Positions 29,153-39,434 of a stretch of DNA of 64,000 nucleotides are shown in pieces (the first letter of the stretch is position 1; every line of letters begins with the position of its first letter). The stretch covers positions 3,328,001 through 3,392,000 of the forward strand of contig CBDCTK010000002.1 of the NCBI GenBank assembly GCA_965222225.1, written 5' to 3'. This DNA is from Candidatus Poribacteria bacterium. GTDB lineage: Bacteria; Poribacteria; WGA-4E; JAJDTR01. The position numbers and the translations under genes are program-made. The notes beneath the pieces were generated by a model. It searched no databases, was not told the DNA's origin, and was given only the letters and a program-made list of their open reading frames with translations.

Positions 29153-30244
29153 ATGAGATTCAACCTGTACGTTTCACGAATCTTTATTTTCACCCTGTCA
29201 ATCCTTCTAGTCACATCGTTATTCTTGGTCGCTTGTAGTGACGACGACGACGATGGAGACCACGCCCAATTTGACGCAGCCACAACGCTCAATGACTTCG
29301 CCAACACCGTTGTACTTGCCACCTACACCGATCTGGACAACAAAGCGGGCGACCTTCTGACCGCCGCGAGAGCGTTGAATTCAAGCAAAACTCAAGCAAA
29401 TTTGGAACGGGCGCGGACAGCCTGGAAGGCAGCGCGACGACCGTGGGAACAGAGTGAAGCCTTCCTATTCGGTCCCGTTGACACGCAAGGGCTTGACCCG
29501 GCGCTCGATAGTTGGCCCGTCAATCGTGTGGATCTCGACGCGGTGCTCGCTAGCGGCGATGTATTAACCGCGTCATCAATTGACAGTCTTGAAGACACGC
29601 TGAAGGGTTTCCACACCATTGAGTACCTCCTCTTCCGCGACGGTAACCAGCGGAAAGCCGCGGACATCACTCCCCGCGAACTGGACTACCTCGTCGCAAC
29701 AACAGAAAATCTGAAAGCGAAAACCGCTCAGTTACGCCTCGCTTGGGATTCGACCGGAGAGAATTTCGCCGCCGAAGTCGCGAACGCGGGAACTTCTAGC
29801 ACCATTTATAAGTCGCAAAAATCCGCGATGCAAGAGATGGTCAATGGAATGATAGCTATCGCGGACGAGGTGGCTAACGGTAAAATCTCGGACCCGTTCA
29901 ATGAGCGCGATACAACGCTTGTCGAGTCGCAGTTTAGCTTCAATTCCATCACCGACTTCCAAGACAATATCCGCGGCATTCAGAATGTCTATCTGGGCAA
30001 ATTCACCGCGGATGGTCAGGGGTTGAATACCTTCATTGCCGGTACGGATGCCGCACTCGACTCCAGATTCCAGACGGAAGTGCAGGCCGCGATTGACGCG
30101 ATTGGTGCTATTCCAGACCCGTTCCGCGACTCAATCACGGCAAATCGCGTAGCAGTCCAAACAGCCATTGAAGCGGTCAGTACCGTTCAACAAACGCTTG
30201 AGCAGGACATCTTAAAGTTGGTGTTAGACAGTAATTTCAATTGA
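29153..30244 (+). CDS. Imelysin-family (peptidase M75 / IrpA-like) lipoprotein
   Basis: Lipobox LVAC, WEQSEAFLFGP, LDSWP, GFHTIEYLLF (GxHxxE) and ESQFS motifs. Confidence 0.9.
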   Translation: MRFNLYVSRIFIFTLSILLVTSLFLVACSDDDDDGDHAQFDAATTLNDFANTVVLATYTDLDNKAGDLLTAARALNSSKTQANLERARTAWKAARRPWEQSEAFLFGPVDTQGLDPALDSWPVNRVDLDAVLASGDVLTASSIDSLEDTLKGFHTIEYLLFRDGNQRKAADITPRELDYLVATTENLKAKTAQLRLAWDSTGENFAAEVANAGTSSTIYKSQKSAMQEMVNGMIAIADEVANGKISDPFNERDTTLVESQFSFNSITDFQDNIRGIQNVYLGKFTADGQGLNTFIAGTDAALDSRFQTEVQAAIDAIGAIPDPFRDSITANRVAVQTAIEAVSTVQQTLEQDILKLVLDSNFN

Positions 30245-30276
30245 TGGACATTAGGTGGCGTTCACGGTCGGCATTC

Positions 30277-30732
30277 TCAATCATGCTCACCGCCCGCTTC
30301 GTTGCTACCATGTTCGCCACCTCCCACTTCAGGATGGGCAGTCCACCCGTCAAAGTTCATGCTTGTTGCCGTTAGTTCGACTTCGCCTTTTGCGCCGGGT
30401 TGCAAGTCCACCGGAGTTGTTGGTCCGAGTTCTGTTCCGTTTGACAAATGGACTTCAACTCGAACTTGCTGTAAAGTCTCGTCGGTGGTGTTTTCCACTG
30501 TACCCTTGAAAGAATTGCTTTGTGCGTCGTATGCCAGAATGAGTCGCGCACCGTTTCTGACATTATCGTACGTCTCGTTCAGCGTGAGTTCAGTGCTTGA
30601 TTCTTCGCCACTATCTTTAAGAATGTCATCATTTGAACAGCCGCTAATGAGACCGACTGTTAACATGACAGTAATCATGATCAGAGTTCCACGAGTGTAA
30701 TTCACGAATGTCTTCCTTTCTGAGGTGTCCAA
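30277..30732 (-). CDS. Small lipoprotein, FxLYD-like beta-sandwich
   Basis: Lipobox ISGC, GTVENTT...VRVEVHL motif and a His/Gly/Glu tail. Confidence 0.6.
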   Translation of the reverse strand: MDTSERKTFVNYTRGTLIMITVMLTVGLISGCSNDDILKDSGEESSTELTLNETYDNVRNGARLILAYDAQSNSFKGTVENTTDETLQQVRVEVHLSNGTELGPTTPVDLQPGAKGEVELTATSMNFDGWTAHPEVGGGEHGSNEAGGEHD

Positions 30733-30848
30733 TTCTTGATTAGACGGGATTTAACTTACGAACGGCTGGTGAAGTGTCTTCGTTTACGTGTTTTGGTTTT
30801 TCATTACTGGTACTTGTCACGACTTAACTCTTTCGCTATACCCGTTGA

Positions 30849-32264
30849 TTGAGTAGCAAGGTCATGGAGTTAAATAATCTTCTATACACGCTGATCCTCA
30901 TCGGATCGCTCTGCATATTGATGGTTGCCTGCGGTTCGGAGGACCTACTTGGTTCACCGGCGGTAGACGACCCGACAAAGGCGCTTTCGGGCGGCGAGAC
31001 AACGGTCTTTGATGCGACAAGCCACGCATTTTCAACCCCGGCGCCCAACCTTTCGGTGGAAGGATTGACCGAGCATCTTGTGGGCGATAGAGAGTTTGAA
31101 GCCGTCTTTGTCACCGTCCCGGCGGAAGTCAATCCGGGGCTGGGACCCGTGTACAATAACATCTCGTGCATCAACTGTCATGCGCGTGACGGGCGCGGGC
31201 GGGCGCCGAGTTCCGGTGAAAATCTCGCCTCCATGCTGTTTCGGGTAAGTCTCCCTAATCCGGATGGCGACGGAACGGGTGCCCCTGTGCCGGTTCCCGG
31301 TTTTGGGACACAACTCAATAACCGCGCTATCTACGGAGTCTCTCCGGAAGGTGAGGTCCTCATCAACTACACCGAAGGTCAGATTACGACAAGCGACGGG
31401 GCCATCGTACACCTCCGGACCCCAAAATATACACTGATTGACCCGTACCAACCGCTGCCGGATGAAGTTCAACTCTCTCCCCGAGTTGCGCCTGTCGTGT
31501 TCGGGTTGGGCTTGCTCGAAGCGGTTCCCGAAGCTACCATCCTTGCCCTGGCAGACGAAATGGATGAGAATAGTGACGGGATTTCGGGGAAAGCAAACCT
31601 CGTTTGGAACATCCAAAAATATGGGCTTAGTCTTGGAAGATTCGGTTGGAAGGCGAATCAGCCGACCTTGCTTCAGCAGATTGCATCCGCCTATAACGAC
31701 GACATGGGCGTCACAACCTCACTCCTTCCGAGGGAGAACTCTAACGGGCAGCCCCAACATGATGGACGAAATGATGACCCGGAACTGAGCGACGAAATCT
31801 TGGAAGCTGTGACATTTTATGTCCAAACCCTCGCCGTCCCCGCTAGGCGGGACCTTGACGACCCCGTTGTTCAGCGCGGGGAGGAGCTCTTCAAAGGCGC
31901 AGGATGTGCCGGATGCCATATTCCATCTTTGAGGACCGGAGTATTACCGGATGTTCCCGCGGTATCCAATCAGACGATTCACCCGTACACCGATCTCCTG
32001 CTACACGACATGGGACCGGGGTTAGCCGATAATCGTCCCGATTTCCGTGCAGACGGTTCCGAATGGCGGACCCCGCCGTTATGGGGTATCGGGCTAATCA
32101 AGACTGTCAACGGTCATACGAACCTCCTTCACGATGGCAGGGCGAGGGGCATTCTGGAAGCAATTTTGTGGCACGGCGGAGAAGCTGATGCCTCACGTGA
32201 GGCAGTCCAGCAGATGTCCACAAGCGAACGCGAAGCCCTGATCGCTTTTCTGGAATCGCTGTAA
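30849..32264 (+). CDS. Di-heme oxidoreductase family (DHOR/DUF1111) lipoprotein
   Basis: GLGPVYN, CINCH and CAGCH heme motifs, GRFGWKA, YTDLLLHDMG, WRTPPLWGIG and LLHDGRAR motifs. Confidence 0.92.
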   Translation: MSSKVMELNNLLYTLILIGSLCILMVACGSEDLLGSPAVDDPTKALSGGETTVFDATSHAFSTPAPNLSVEGLTEHLVGDREFEAVFVTVPAEVNPGLGPVYNNISCINCHARDGRGRAPSSGENLASMLFRVSLPNPDGDGTGAPVPVPGFGTQLNNRAIYGVSPEGEVLINYTEGQITTSDGAIVHLRTPKYTLIDPYQPLPDEVQLSPRVAPVVFGLGLLEAVPEATILALADEMDENSDGISGKANLVWNIQKYGLSLGRFGWKANQPTLLQQIASAYNDDMGVTTSLLPRENSNGQPQHDGRNDDPELSDEILEAVTFYVQTLAVPARRDLDDPVVQRGEELFKGAGCAGCHIPSLRTGVLPDVPAVSNQTIHPYTDLLLHDMGPGLADNRPDFRADGSEWRTPPLWGIGLIKTVNGHTNLLHDGRARGILEAILWHGGEADASREAVQQMSTSEREALIAFLESL

Positions 32265-32641
32265 ATCTTTAGGTACAAGAGAAAGTTCTACGGGAAACCC
32301 CAAGCACGTCTCCCTGCCCCACCCATTCAAAGAATCAACCCCTTCTTCGCAGCGTTCTGTCACCCAACTCGCCCAAAAATGGATTGCCGAACCAAATAAA
32401 CCTGCAAAAAAAATCAACAGGAGTGTTTACTTACGAATAATAAATTGCTACAATTGTACAAGATGCGATGCATTGTGGGTTTCCCTTATACCGGGAAAGG
32501 TGTAACGAAGCGCTATAATTCCGTGGCCTCTTAGCCAATAAACGCTGCGTCAGCTCTTGAGCGCTCGTTTCTTAGAACATTTAGGGCATCTACGAAACTA
32601 CTTTCTCGTACTCCAACTCTTGCTTTTCAGGAGAGAAACGC

Positions 32642-35600
32642 ATGAAAAAAACAACCTCTTTCTCCTGGATTCTCACCATTTGCACAGCGGTACTTGTGAT
32701 CGTAGCACACTCAGGTTACCGTACCGCCTCCGCCGCCATCACCGGAAAGATTTCAGGCATCGTCAAGTCTGAAGCAACTCAGACCCCCGTCGGGGATGCC
32801 AAGATTACCGTTGTTGGAACAAGTGACACCGCCACGACCAACCAGAGCGGATATTATGTTATCGCCAATATCGCGCCGGGAACTTACAATCTGAAAGTTG
32901 GACGGGCGGGCTACAGCTCGCAAACCGTTATGGGCGCTAAGGTGTTTGCCGGTCTAACTACAACCCTGGATCTCGCTTTGGGTACTACCGAAGTTTTCAC
33001 GCTCGAAGAAATAACGGTAACCGCTGCCAAACCGCTGATTAAGCGCGATGTCACCCAATCAACGAGGATTATTGAAGCGGAGGAGATTGCCGCTATGCCC
33101 CGCGATACCGTGAATGGAATCCTTCAAATTCAGGCAGGTGTCTCGCAACTCAATTCCACCGGTACGCTCCACATTCGAGGCGGACGTTCAACGGAAGTCA
33201 AATACCTCATTGATGGCATTCCCGTGAACGATCCCATCGGCAGAAGTCTGGGCGTGAACATTAGCACGAATTCGCTTGAACAGATGGAAATTATCACCGG
33301 AGGATTCAACGCGGAACACGGCGATGCGCAATCCGGTGTGATAAATCTCATAACAAAAGCTGGGGCGCAAAACTTCACCGGCAGATTCAGGTACCGCGTC
33401 GGACAGTGGGCTTCCCATCACGGCGACCCGATATACGGTCCCTGGCTAGATCCCGACAGCGGCTTCCGTCCGGTGGCACTGGAACCCTTCAGGGGAATCT
33501 TCCTCGGCCAACCCTACGATTATCAAACCCCGTATCGTGGGCAGAGAATTACAGTGGAGGAGTTGGCAGCCCGAGAGGGCGATGCTCAGGTCGTCTTCAC
33601 GGAGATTGTCCCGGGCGTGTTTGCCGACAGGATGGAAAACCCGCTTCTTCCCGTCATTGATCCGGAGACCAACGAACCCAAACTGAACCCTGATACGGGC
33701 GAAGTCATTACGACGCCCCAACCTTATCGCGATACCGACGGTACCGTTATTGACTATGAGAACAAACAGGTTACCCTGTTAGACGGTTACATCGTAGATC
33801 TGAACCAGTACAACGGGCTGTTCAACGATACCAAGAAATACGACCTGCACCCAAGCCATATCGGGGAATTTTCGCTCAGCGGGCCGCTGTGGGGGAATCG
33901 GTTGACATTCGCCGCCAGTAGTCAGTTTCGGCGAGATGAGGGCTACCTGCCTAATGCCGATGGAAGGGGATACACAGTTCAGAGCAAACTCAAATTTGAA
34001 GTTACGCCTGACATCAAACTCACGGCAAGCGGGCTGTTCGATCGACGCGAAGCCGATTCCTATGGCGGTTCCCTTCGCTTTTTGCCCGGCGCGATCCCGG
34101 TTGCAGACAGGGATGGGCGGAGCCTGTCCCTGCAGCTTTCGCATAATCTCAACTCCGGCACTTTCTACACATTGACGCTCGGACAATTCCATCGCTCGTA
34201 TGAGAGCGGTCAACCGGGCAAACTATGGGATCCCTTGAACAAAACATTTGACGAAAACGCATGGGATTCGGAAAAATCCTATGAACAGAATCAGGAAGAG
34301 GGAAGAATCAGAAACCCGACCCGGCAGGCGTACAACGATACAAACTATTTCATTGCTGGAGATGACAACGCGTGGACAACCCGAGAATCAACTGCAAACA
34401 TATTTAAGGCGGATTTTTCCAGCCAAGTAACGGAGAATCACCAGATTCGCACAGGTGTTGAGCTATCGACGCACGAAATCTATAATCTCGGCACGACAAA
34501 TAATGGGAGTTCAAACCTCTACATGGAGTTTTATGATGTGACTCCTAGCTCCCTGAGTTTGTATGCGCAAGACAAGATGGAATATGAAGGGATGATTGTC
34601 AACGCAGGACTGCGGTACGAACTCTATAGTCCGGACGGTGCCTCCCCCGCCGATCCGTTAGATCCACTTGAACTTAACCCCGACGGGACAATCAAGTTGG
34701 ATAAAGACACCTACAAAGTTGGGTTGCCCATCATCAAAGATCCGGTCGATGCATCAGTCAAACAGATGCTCGCTCCTCGTCTCGGCATCTCATTCCCGAT
34801 TACCGATCGCGCAAAATTGCACTTTACCTATGGGCATTACTACCAGATTCCGCCTGGCGACGATCTCTATGAAAACCTTAATTTTGATATGCGGGGCGCC
34901 ATCCGAAGAAGAGGGAATCCCGATTTACAACCCGAGAAAACCGTCGCCTACGAAGTCGGGATAGCCCAGCAACTGACTCACGACCTGACGGTTGATGTTA
35001 CGGGGTTCACCAAGGATATCGACAAGCTGGTGAGTAGCGTCCATGTTGATATTATCAACGATTACAGCTATTTCATTAACGATATCTACGGTCGGGTTCA
35101 AGGATTTGAGCTTACCGCGCGCAAGTGGCGCATCGGACGCAGCCCAATTTCCGGCATGATTAATTACACCTATTCCGTCGCGAAGGGGAAGGGCTCCAGC
35201 CGAAATTTGGGCTATCTGACCTATTATCGGCAACAACCTGAAGTCACTGAAAGCCACCCTTTAGCCTGGGATCAGCGGCACGTAGTTTCCGGGACGTTGG
35301 ACATTCAATTGCCTTTTGATGCCGGTATCAACTTGATTGGCAACTACGGCAGCGGCTTGCCCTACACGCCAAATCCGAGTGCGCCGATTAAACCCGACGT
35401 AAACTCCAAGCGCTACCCGCCAACCTACAATGTTGACATGCTTCTGAGCAAGCGAATCCGGATTGGCGGGCTGACGTATACCTTCTTTGCCGATGTCCGG
35501 AATATCTTCAACACCAGAAATCTGGATGACATAATCGATCCGGTGACATACGACCGCTACGGCATCCCGCTCAACTCCAAGAAGCACTCAAGCCCGCTCT

Positions 35601-35650
35601 CTTGGAATTCACCACGTCTGATGATGATGGGGGTGAGTTTGGATTTTTAG
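32642..35650 (+). CDS. TonB-dependent receptor with an N-terminal carboxypeptidase-regulatory-like domain
   Basis: GKISG, LHIRGGR..E..YLIDG plug, TGGFNAEHG..QSGVIN, PRLGISFPI, GNPDLQPEKT and C-terminal LDF. Confidence 0.93.
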   Translation: MKKTTSFSWILTICTAVLVIVAHSGYRTASAAITGKISGIVKSEATQTPVGDAKITVVGTSDTATTNQSGYYVIANIAPGTYNLKVGRAGYSSQTVMGAKVFAGLTTTLDLALGTTEVFTLEEITVTAAKPLIKRDVTQSTRIIEAEEIAAMPRDTVNGILQIQAGVSQLNSTGTLHIRGGRSTEVKYLIDGIPVNDPIGRSLGVNISTNSLEQMEIITGGFNAEHGDAQSGVINLITKAGAQNFTGRFRYRVGQWASHHGDPIYGPWLDPDSGFRPVALEPFRGIFLGQPYDYQTPYRGQRITVEELAAREGDAQVVFTEIVPGVFADRMENPLLPVIDPETNEPKLNPDTGEVITTPQPYRDTDGTVIDYENKQVTLLDGYIVDLNQYNGLFNDTKKYDLHPSHIGEFSLSGPLWGNRLTFAASSQFRRDEGYLPNADGRGYTVQSKLKFEVTPDIKLTASGLFDRREADSYGGSLRFLPGAIPVADRDGRSLSLQLSHNLNSGTFYTLTLGQFHRSYESGQPGKLWDPLNKTFDENAWDSEKSYEQNQEEGRIRNPTRQAYNDTNYFIAGDDNAWTTRESTANIFKADFSSQVTENHQIRTGVELSTHEIYNLGTTNNGSSNLYMEFYDVTPSSLSLYAQDKMEYEGMIVNAGLRYELYSPDGASPADPLDPLELNPDGTIKLDKDTYKVGLPIIKDPVDASVKQMLAPRLGISFPITDRAKLHFTYGHYYQIPPGDDLYENLNFDMRGAIRRRGNPDLQPEKTVAYEVGIAQQLTHDLTVDVTGFTKDIDKLVSSVHVDIINDYSYFINDIYGRVQGFELTARKWRIGRSPISGMINYTYSVAKGKGSSRNLGYLTYYRQQPEVTESHPLAWDQRHVVSGTLDIQLPFDAGINLIGNYGSGLPYTPNPSAPIKPDVNSKRYPPTYNVDMLLSKRIRIGGLTYTFFADVRNIFNTRNLDDIIDPVTYDRYGIPLNSKKHSSPLSWNSPRLMMMGVSLDF

Positions 35651-36124
35651 ATGAAGAATATGAACTGGGATCCCGAACAAATTAGGGATGATTTTTTAAG
35701 CGTTGCTAGGGTGGCAGGAATTGACATTCGGCGCGACGCTATCTGCATTGACCCTCTGGAGATGCCGCACACCCCCCCAAGTCTACCGCGGGGAAAAATG
35801 GCGGTATATGTCTTCTGCGATACAAGGAACGTTCTGAAGGTGGGGAGAGCCGGACCGAAATCTGGAGCTCGGTATAAGAGCCATCATTACAGCCCGAGCA
35901 GGGCGAAAAGCACTTTGGCGGCATCACTGCTGAGAGATGAATGCGCAGTGAAGAGATATAACCTGAATGAGGAGAACGTGGGCGGCTGGATTATGAAATG
36001 CACAGACCGCGTAAATTTCCTACTTGATGCCAACATCCCCAAGAGGAAGTGGGGGCTCAATTTGTTGGAGGCGTTCGTCCAGTGCAGGTTGCAACCGGTC
36101 TATGAGGGAAAGCAAGAATCGTAA
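35651..36124 (+). CDS. GIY-YIG-like nuclease domain protein
   Basis: AVYVF..LKVGRA..R...H and LLEAFVQCRLQPVYE fit the GIY-YIG layout. Confidence 0.5.
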   Translation: MKNMNWDPEQIRDDFLSVARVAGIDIRRDAICIDPLEMPHTPPSLPRGKMAVYVFCDTRNVLKVGRAGPKSGARYKSHHYSPSRAKSTLAASLLRDECAVKRYNLNEENVGGWIMKCTDRVNFLLDANIPKRKWGLNLLEAFVQCRLQPVYEGKQES

Positions 36125-36127
36125 AGG

Positions 36128-36436
36128 GTGATAATTATGTCAACAACCATACAAGGCGTGTATCGCGACGGTAAGATTGAACTCTTGACAACGCCCCGCG
36201 ACGTGTCTGACGATACCCCCGTAATCGTAACCTTTCTGGCGTCCAATTCCATAAATTTAAGGGAACGCGGTATTGACGAAGCACAAGCGGTAGTTTTGCG
36301 TGGGCGTTTGGAATCCTTTGCCGAAGACTGGGAAAGTCCTGAGATGAATGCCTATGACAACTATGAAGAGGCAAAATCCAACCTACAAATTAACGAGCAC
36401 AGTAGAAAAAAGCAGATTGTCTCGAAAGAGTTGTAA
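36128..36436 (+). CDS. Antitoxin-like small protein (DUF104-like N-terminus)
   Basis: TIQGVYRDGKIEL...VIVTFL and FAEDWESPEMNAYD. No cognate toxin follows. Confidence 0.6.
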   Translation: MIIMSTTIQGVYRDGKIELLTTPRDVSDDTPVIVTFLASNSINLRERGIDEAQAVVLRGRLESFAEDWESPEMNAYDNYEEAKSNLQINEHSRKKQIVSKEL

Positions 36437-36650
36437 TGGTCTAGTAGAATGCAGACACTCGCAACTCTCGCTCTTGCGCTCCAGCGGAGTGCGATGTCTA
36501 TAGCACGCGTAGAACTTCTTGCCTTCTGCTCCAGAGGAGTAGCATGTTTGTAAAAATGGACACAGCCTCCTCCATTGTTCCAAGTCCACACAGAAGGCAA
36601 ACTCTATTCTTAAATTTGCTCAAGATTTCGGTTCGGGTAGAAAATTCGAA

Positions 36651-37388
36651 ATGAAGCAACCTAGAGAGTCTGATATCACCGCTTTAACGGCGAAGTTGGA
36701 ACAGATTGCACCGCATGTAAGCAAGCGCGATGATCCGGGTAGGTCACATCCTCCTGCTGTTCAAACCATTGACTGCGTCCTCTCACTCAATAGACCGTAC
36801 GACAAGTTTGTGGTTCCCCGACTGAAGGTATTCATGAATCGGCATTCTGAGATACGCCGTGTCACACAATTGTCCGACTTGATGGCTGGATATTCAACAC
36901 CTCATGAGTTCGTGGTAAATGAACTTAAGTACAATCATGAAGATCGCGCAAGGATTCTTCAGTCCGTCGTAACCTTCGTTCGTTCAGTTGTTGAACAATC
37001 ACCAACAACTCCCGAAGAAGATACGCTCAAACTCTGGGCAATGTGCGCCGAGCCCCAGGATTTCCAAACACTGAACATTAAGGGTTTTGGACTTGCGGGT
37101 TTTCAGTATCTCCGAATGCTCTTCGGCGCAGAGACCACGAAGCCTGACATGCACATTCGCGGATTCATATCTGAAGTTTTAGACCGAAATGTGTCCGACC
37201 TTATGGCACTTGCCCTTCTGGAAGCGGCTTCGGAACGTGCCGGCCTCTCCGTGCGAGATGTTGACAAGTACATTTGGAGGAGTAGAGCGCGGCGGGACAA
37301 ATCCAAATTATCAAAGCGCGAAGAAATGACAGACACCACCTCACCAAATGACGAATTACGTCCCGAGTACGACAAAACATCGCTGTAA
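36651..37388 (+). CDS. HhH-GPD-like (DNA glycosylase fold) hypothetical protein
   Basis: IDCVLSL, IKGFGLAGFQYLRMLFG, KPDMH and D..IW motifs. Confidence 0.55.
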   Translation: MKQPRESDITALTAKLEQIAPHVSKRDDPGRSHPPAVQTIDCVLSLNRPYDKFVVPRLKVFMNRHSEIRRVTQLSDLMAGYSTPHEFVVNELKYNHEDRARILQSVVTFVRSVVEQSPTTPEEDTLKLWAMCAEPQDFQTLNIKGFGLAGFQYLRMLFGAETTKPDMHIRGFISEVLDRNVSDLMALALLEAASERAGLSVRDVDKYIWRSRARRDKSKLSKREEMTDTTSPNDELRPEYDKTSL

Positions 37389-37559
37389 AATGGGATTCGT
37401 GGAAAATATGTGGGGCAATATGCTGCGGGTACAAACATTGTTCGTCTCGCACCAGATGTTGCCGCCGCTTTCCCTAACGAAGAAGCTGTGAATGAAGCGT
37501 TACGATTCGTATTGAAGCTAATGGAGGACGCAAGACATCTAAGCCGCCATCGCGATTGA
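37326..37559 (+). pseudogene. BrnA-like antitoxin with an internal stop
   Basis: DELRPEYDKTSL*NGIRGKY...VRLAPDVAAAFPNEEAVNEALR, with an in-frame TAA at 37386-37388. Confidence 0.65.
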
Positions 37560-37640
37560 TGGAGATTCCCGGTTCGTCGGGGGCTTTCGCCAAACCCAGT
37601 CCTCGCACGATCTATACCTGACTTTCAGGAGAAGTAGAAC

Positions 37641-38229
37641 ATGAAATTTGATTACTTCACCACTCTGTTTCCAATCCTGTCAGGGGTAATGGGAATTTTT
37701 ATTCTGATAACTGGACTTAAAGGGCTCTTGACCAAGCGGCCTTTTTTAATCTCAAATCGCTGGCTGCTCGCGATGATGTTTGTCTTTCTCGCACCGCAGG
37801 GTCTTTCCCCCTTGTTCATTTTGGATGGCGATCCCATAAGTTGGGTATTCCCGTTTCTATACGGGGCAATTCTGGTATTGATGTGGTATCTACTGAAAGG
37901 CTATGTCGCATTCGCTGTCACAGAAACCTCCGTTCGTGAGGCGCTGCTCGCAGCACTCCAAAGGTTAGAATTACCCTATGAAGAAAGTCTTTCCCTAATA
38001 CGGCTTACATCTGTCAATGCCGATTTGCAAGTAGCTGTCCAATCCTGGATGGGAACGGGCACGTCTGGCGGTGCTTAGAGAGATTGTTAATACGATGAAC
38101 GAATACTTCCGCACGTCATCCGTATCGACAAATATGGTTACCTGTATTTTATGGGTAGTCATAGGAGCGGCACTTCTTATCTTCTCCGGAATTTACATGT
38201 TCTTCATTTTGAAACCTCTTAATCTCTAG
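37641..38229 (+). pseudogene. Frameshifted paralog of the downstream membrane protein
   Basis: About 23 nt deleted after WMGTGT. The homologous tail MNEYFRTSSVSTNM continues in another frame. Confidence 0.75.
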
Positions 38230-38241
38230 GAGACATAGAAC

Positions 38242-38856
38242 ATGGAACTCGACTACTTCGATACGATATATTCGGTTCTCTTTCCAATAATGTTTGGAAT
38301 CATGGCAATCTTTTTCTTGGGAATTGGGCTTAGGGCTATCTTAACCAAGCGACCCTTCTTGGTCTCAAACAGATGGTTGCTTTCAATGATGTTTGTTGTT
38401 TTGGTGCCGTGCATTGTATTGTCCTTGACGTCTTTATCTAGCGATATCATGGATTGGATAAGCCCTCTGCTCTATGGGGTTATCCTGCTGATGATGTGGT
38501 ATCAATTGAAGGGTTACGTTGCATACGCCGTCACAGACGCCTCGTTTCGTGAGGCGCTGCTCGCTGCGCTCCAAAGGCTACAGTTGCCCTACGAAGAAAG
38601 CCTTTCCGTGATACGGCTCACATCTGTCAATGCCGACATGCAAGTAGCCGTTCAATCCTGGATGGGAACGGGCACGATTAAAGTCAAACAACGCGAACAC
38701 CGAGCCGTACTCACAGAGGTCGTCAAGGCGATGAACGACTATTTTCGAACGTCGTCTGTATCTACGAATATGATTACTTCAGTTTTTATGGTCGTTCTAG
38801 GGGTAGTCATGACTATTCTCGCACTCGAGCGGACCTTCTTCAAAGGCATCTTCTAA
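38242..38856 (+). CDS. Membrane protein of unknown function
   Basis: 204 aa with 3 N-terminal and 1 C-terminal TM segments. Tandem paralog of the 37641 gene. Confidence 0.75.
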   Translation: MELDYFDTIYSVLFPIMFGIMAIFFLGIGLRAILTKRPFLVSNRWLLSMMFVVLVPCIVLSLTSLSSDIMDWISPLLYGVILLMMWYQLKGYVAYAVTDASFREALLAALQRLQLPYEESLSVIRLTSVNADMQVAVQSWMGTGTIKVKQREHRAVLTEVVKAMNDYFRTSSVSTNMITSVFMVVLGVVMTILALERTFFKGIF

Positions 38857-38902
38857 TCGGATGATGGCGGAGATTCTTGGCTTTATGAATGGGAGGTAAA
38901 CA

Positions 38903-39115
38903 ATGCGACAATCTATTGAAGCTACAATTGATGAACAAGGCAACGTGCGATTACTAGAGCCAATCCAATTGTCAGAACCGCGACGAGCCGTTGTGACGAT
39001 TCTCACCGATGAGCGAGATTGTTCTGAAACCGCATTGCTCAGTGAAGCCGCGCTCGCTGAAGACTGGAAGCGTCCGGAAGAGGATGCCGCATGGTCGTAC
39101 CTACAACAGGAGTAG
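38903..39115 (+). CDS. Antitoxin-like small protein
   Basis: IEATIDEQGNVRLLEP...LSEAALAEDWKRPEEDAAW. Overlaps the toxin start. Confidence 0.7.
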   Translation: MRQSIEATIDEQGNVRLLEPIQLSEPRRAVVTILTDERDCSETALLSEAALAEDWKRPEEDAAWSYLQQE

Positions 39116-39434
39116 TTGTCTTAGTTCCTTTTCCATTTTCTGACTTATCACAAGCGAAGTTGAGACCTGCGGTTGTGTTGGCACACGCGGGTCGGGGGAT
39201 TGGATTCTCTGCCAAATTACCAGCCAGCAATATGAGGATCGCCAAGTGATTACGCTGTCTCACGCCAGTTTTGCTGAGGGTTCGTTGCGTGTGGAAAGTT
39301 ATGCACGTCCAGGGAAGTTATTCACTGCCAACCGTAATCTAATGGTAAAAGAGGTCGGCATCTTGAAATCGGATGTGTTCGGGCAGATTATCAGTGCGGT
39401 TATCAACATTCTCAGTGGAGGTCTTACTCCATGA
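39091..39434 (+). pseudogene. PemK/MazF-like toxin with a -1 frameshift in a G run
   Basis: VVLVPFPFSDLSQAKLRPAVVL, then ILCQITS..SYARPGKLFT in another frame. G5 at 39194-39198 needs G6 to restore the frame. Confidence 0.78.

Noticed and set aside
35651-39434. Integron cassette array
   Set aside because: No IntI gene and no recognisable attC (RYYYAAC...GTTRRRY) sites between the genes.
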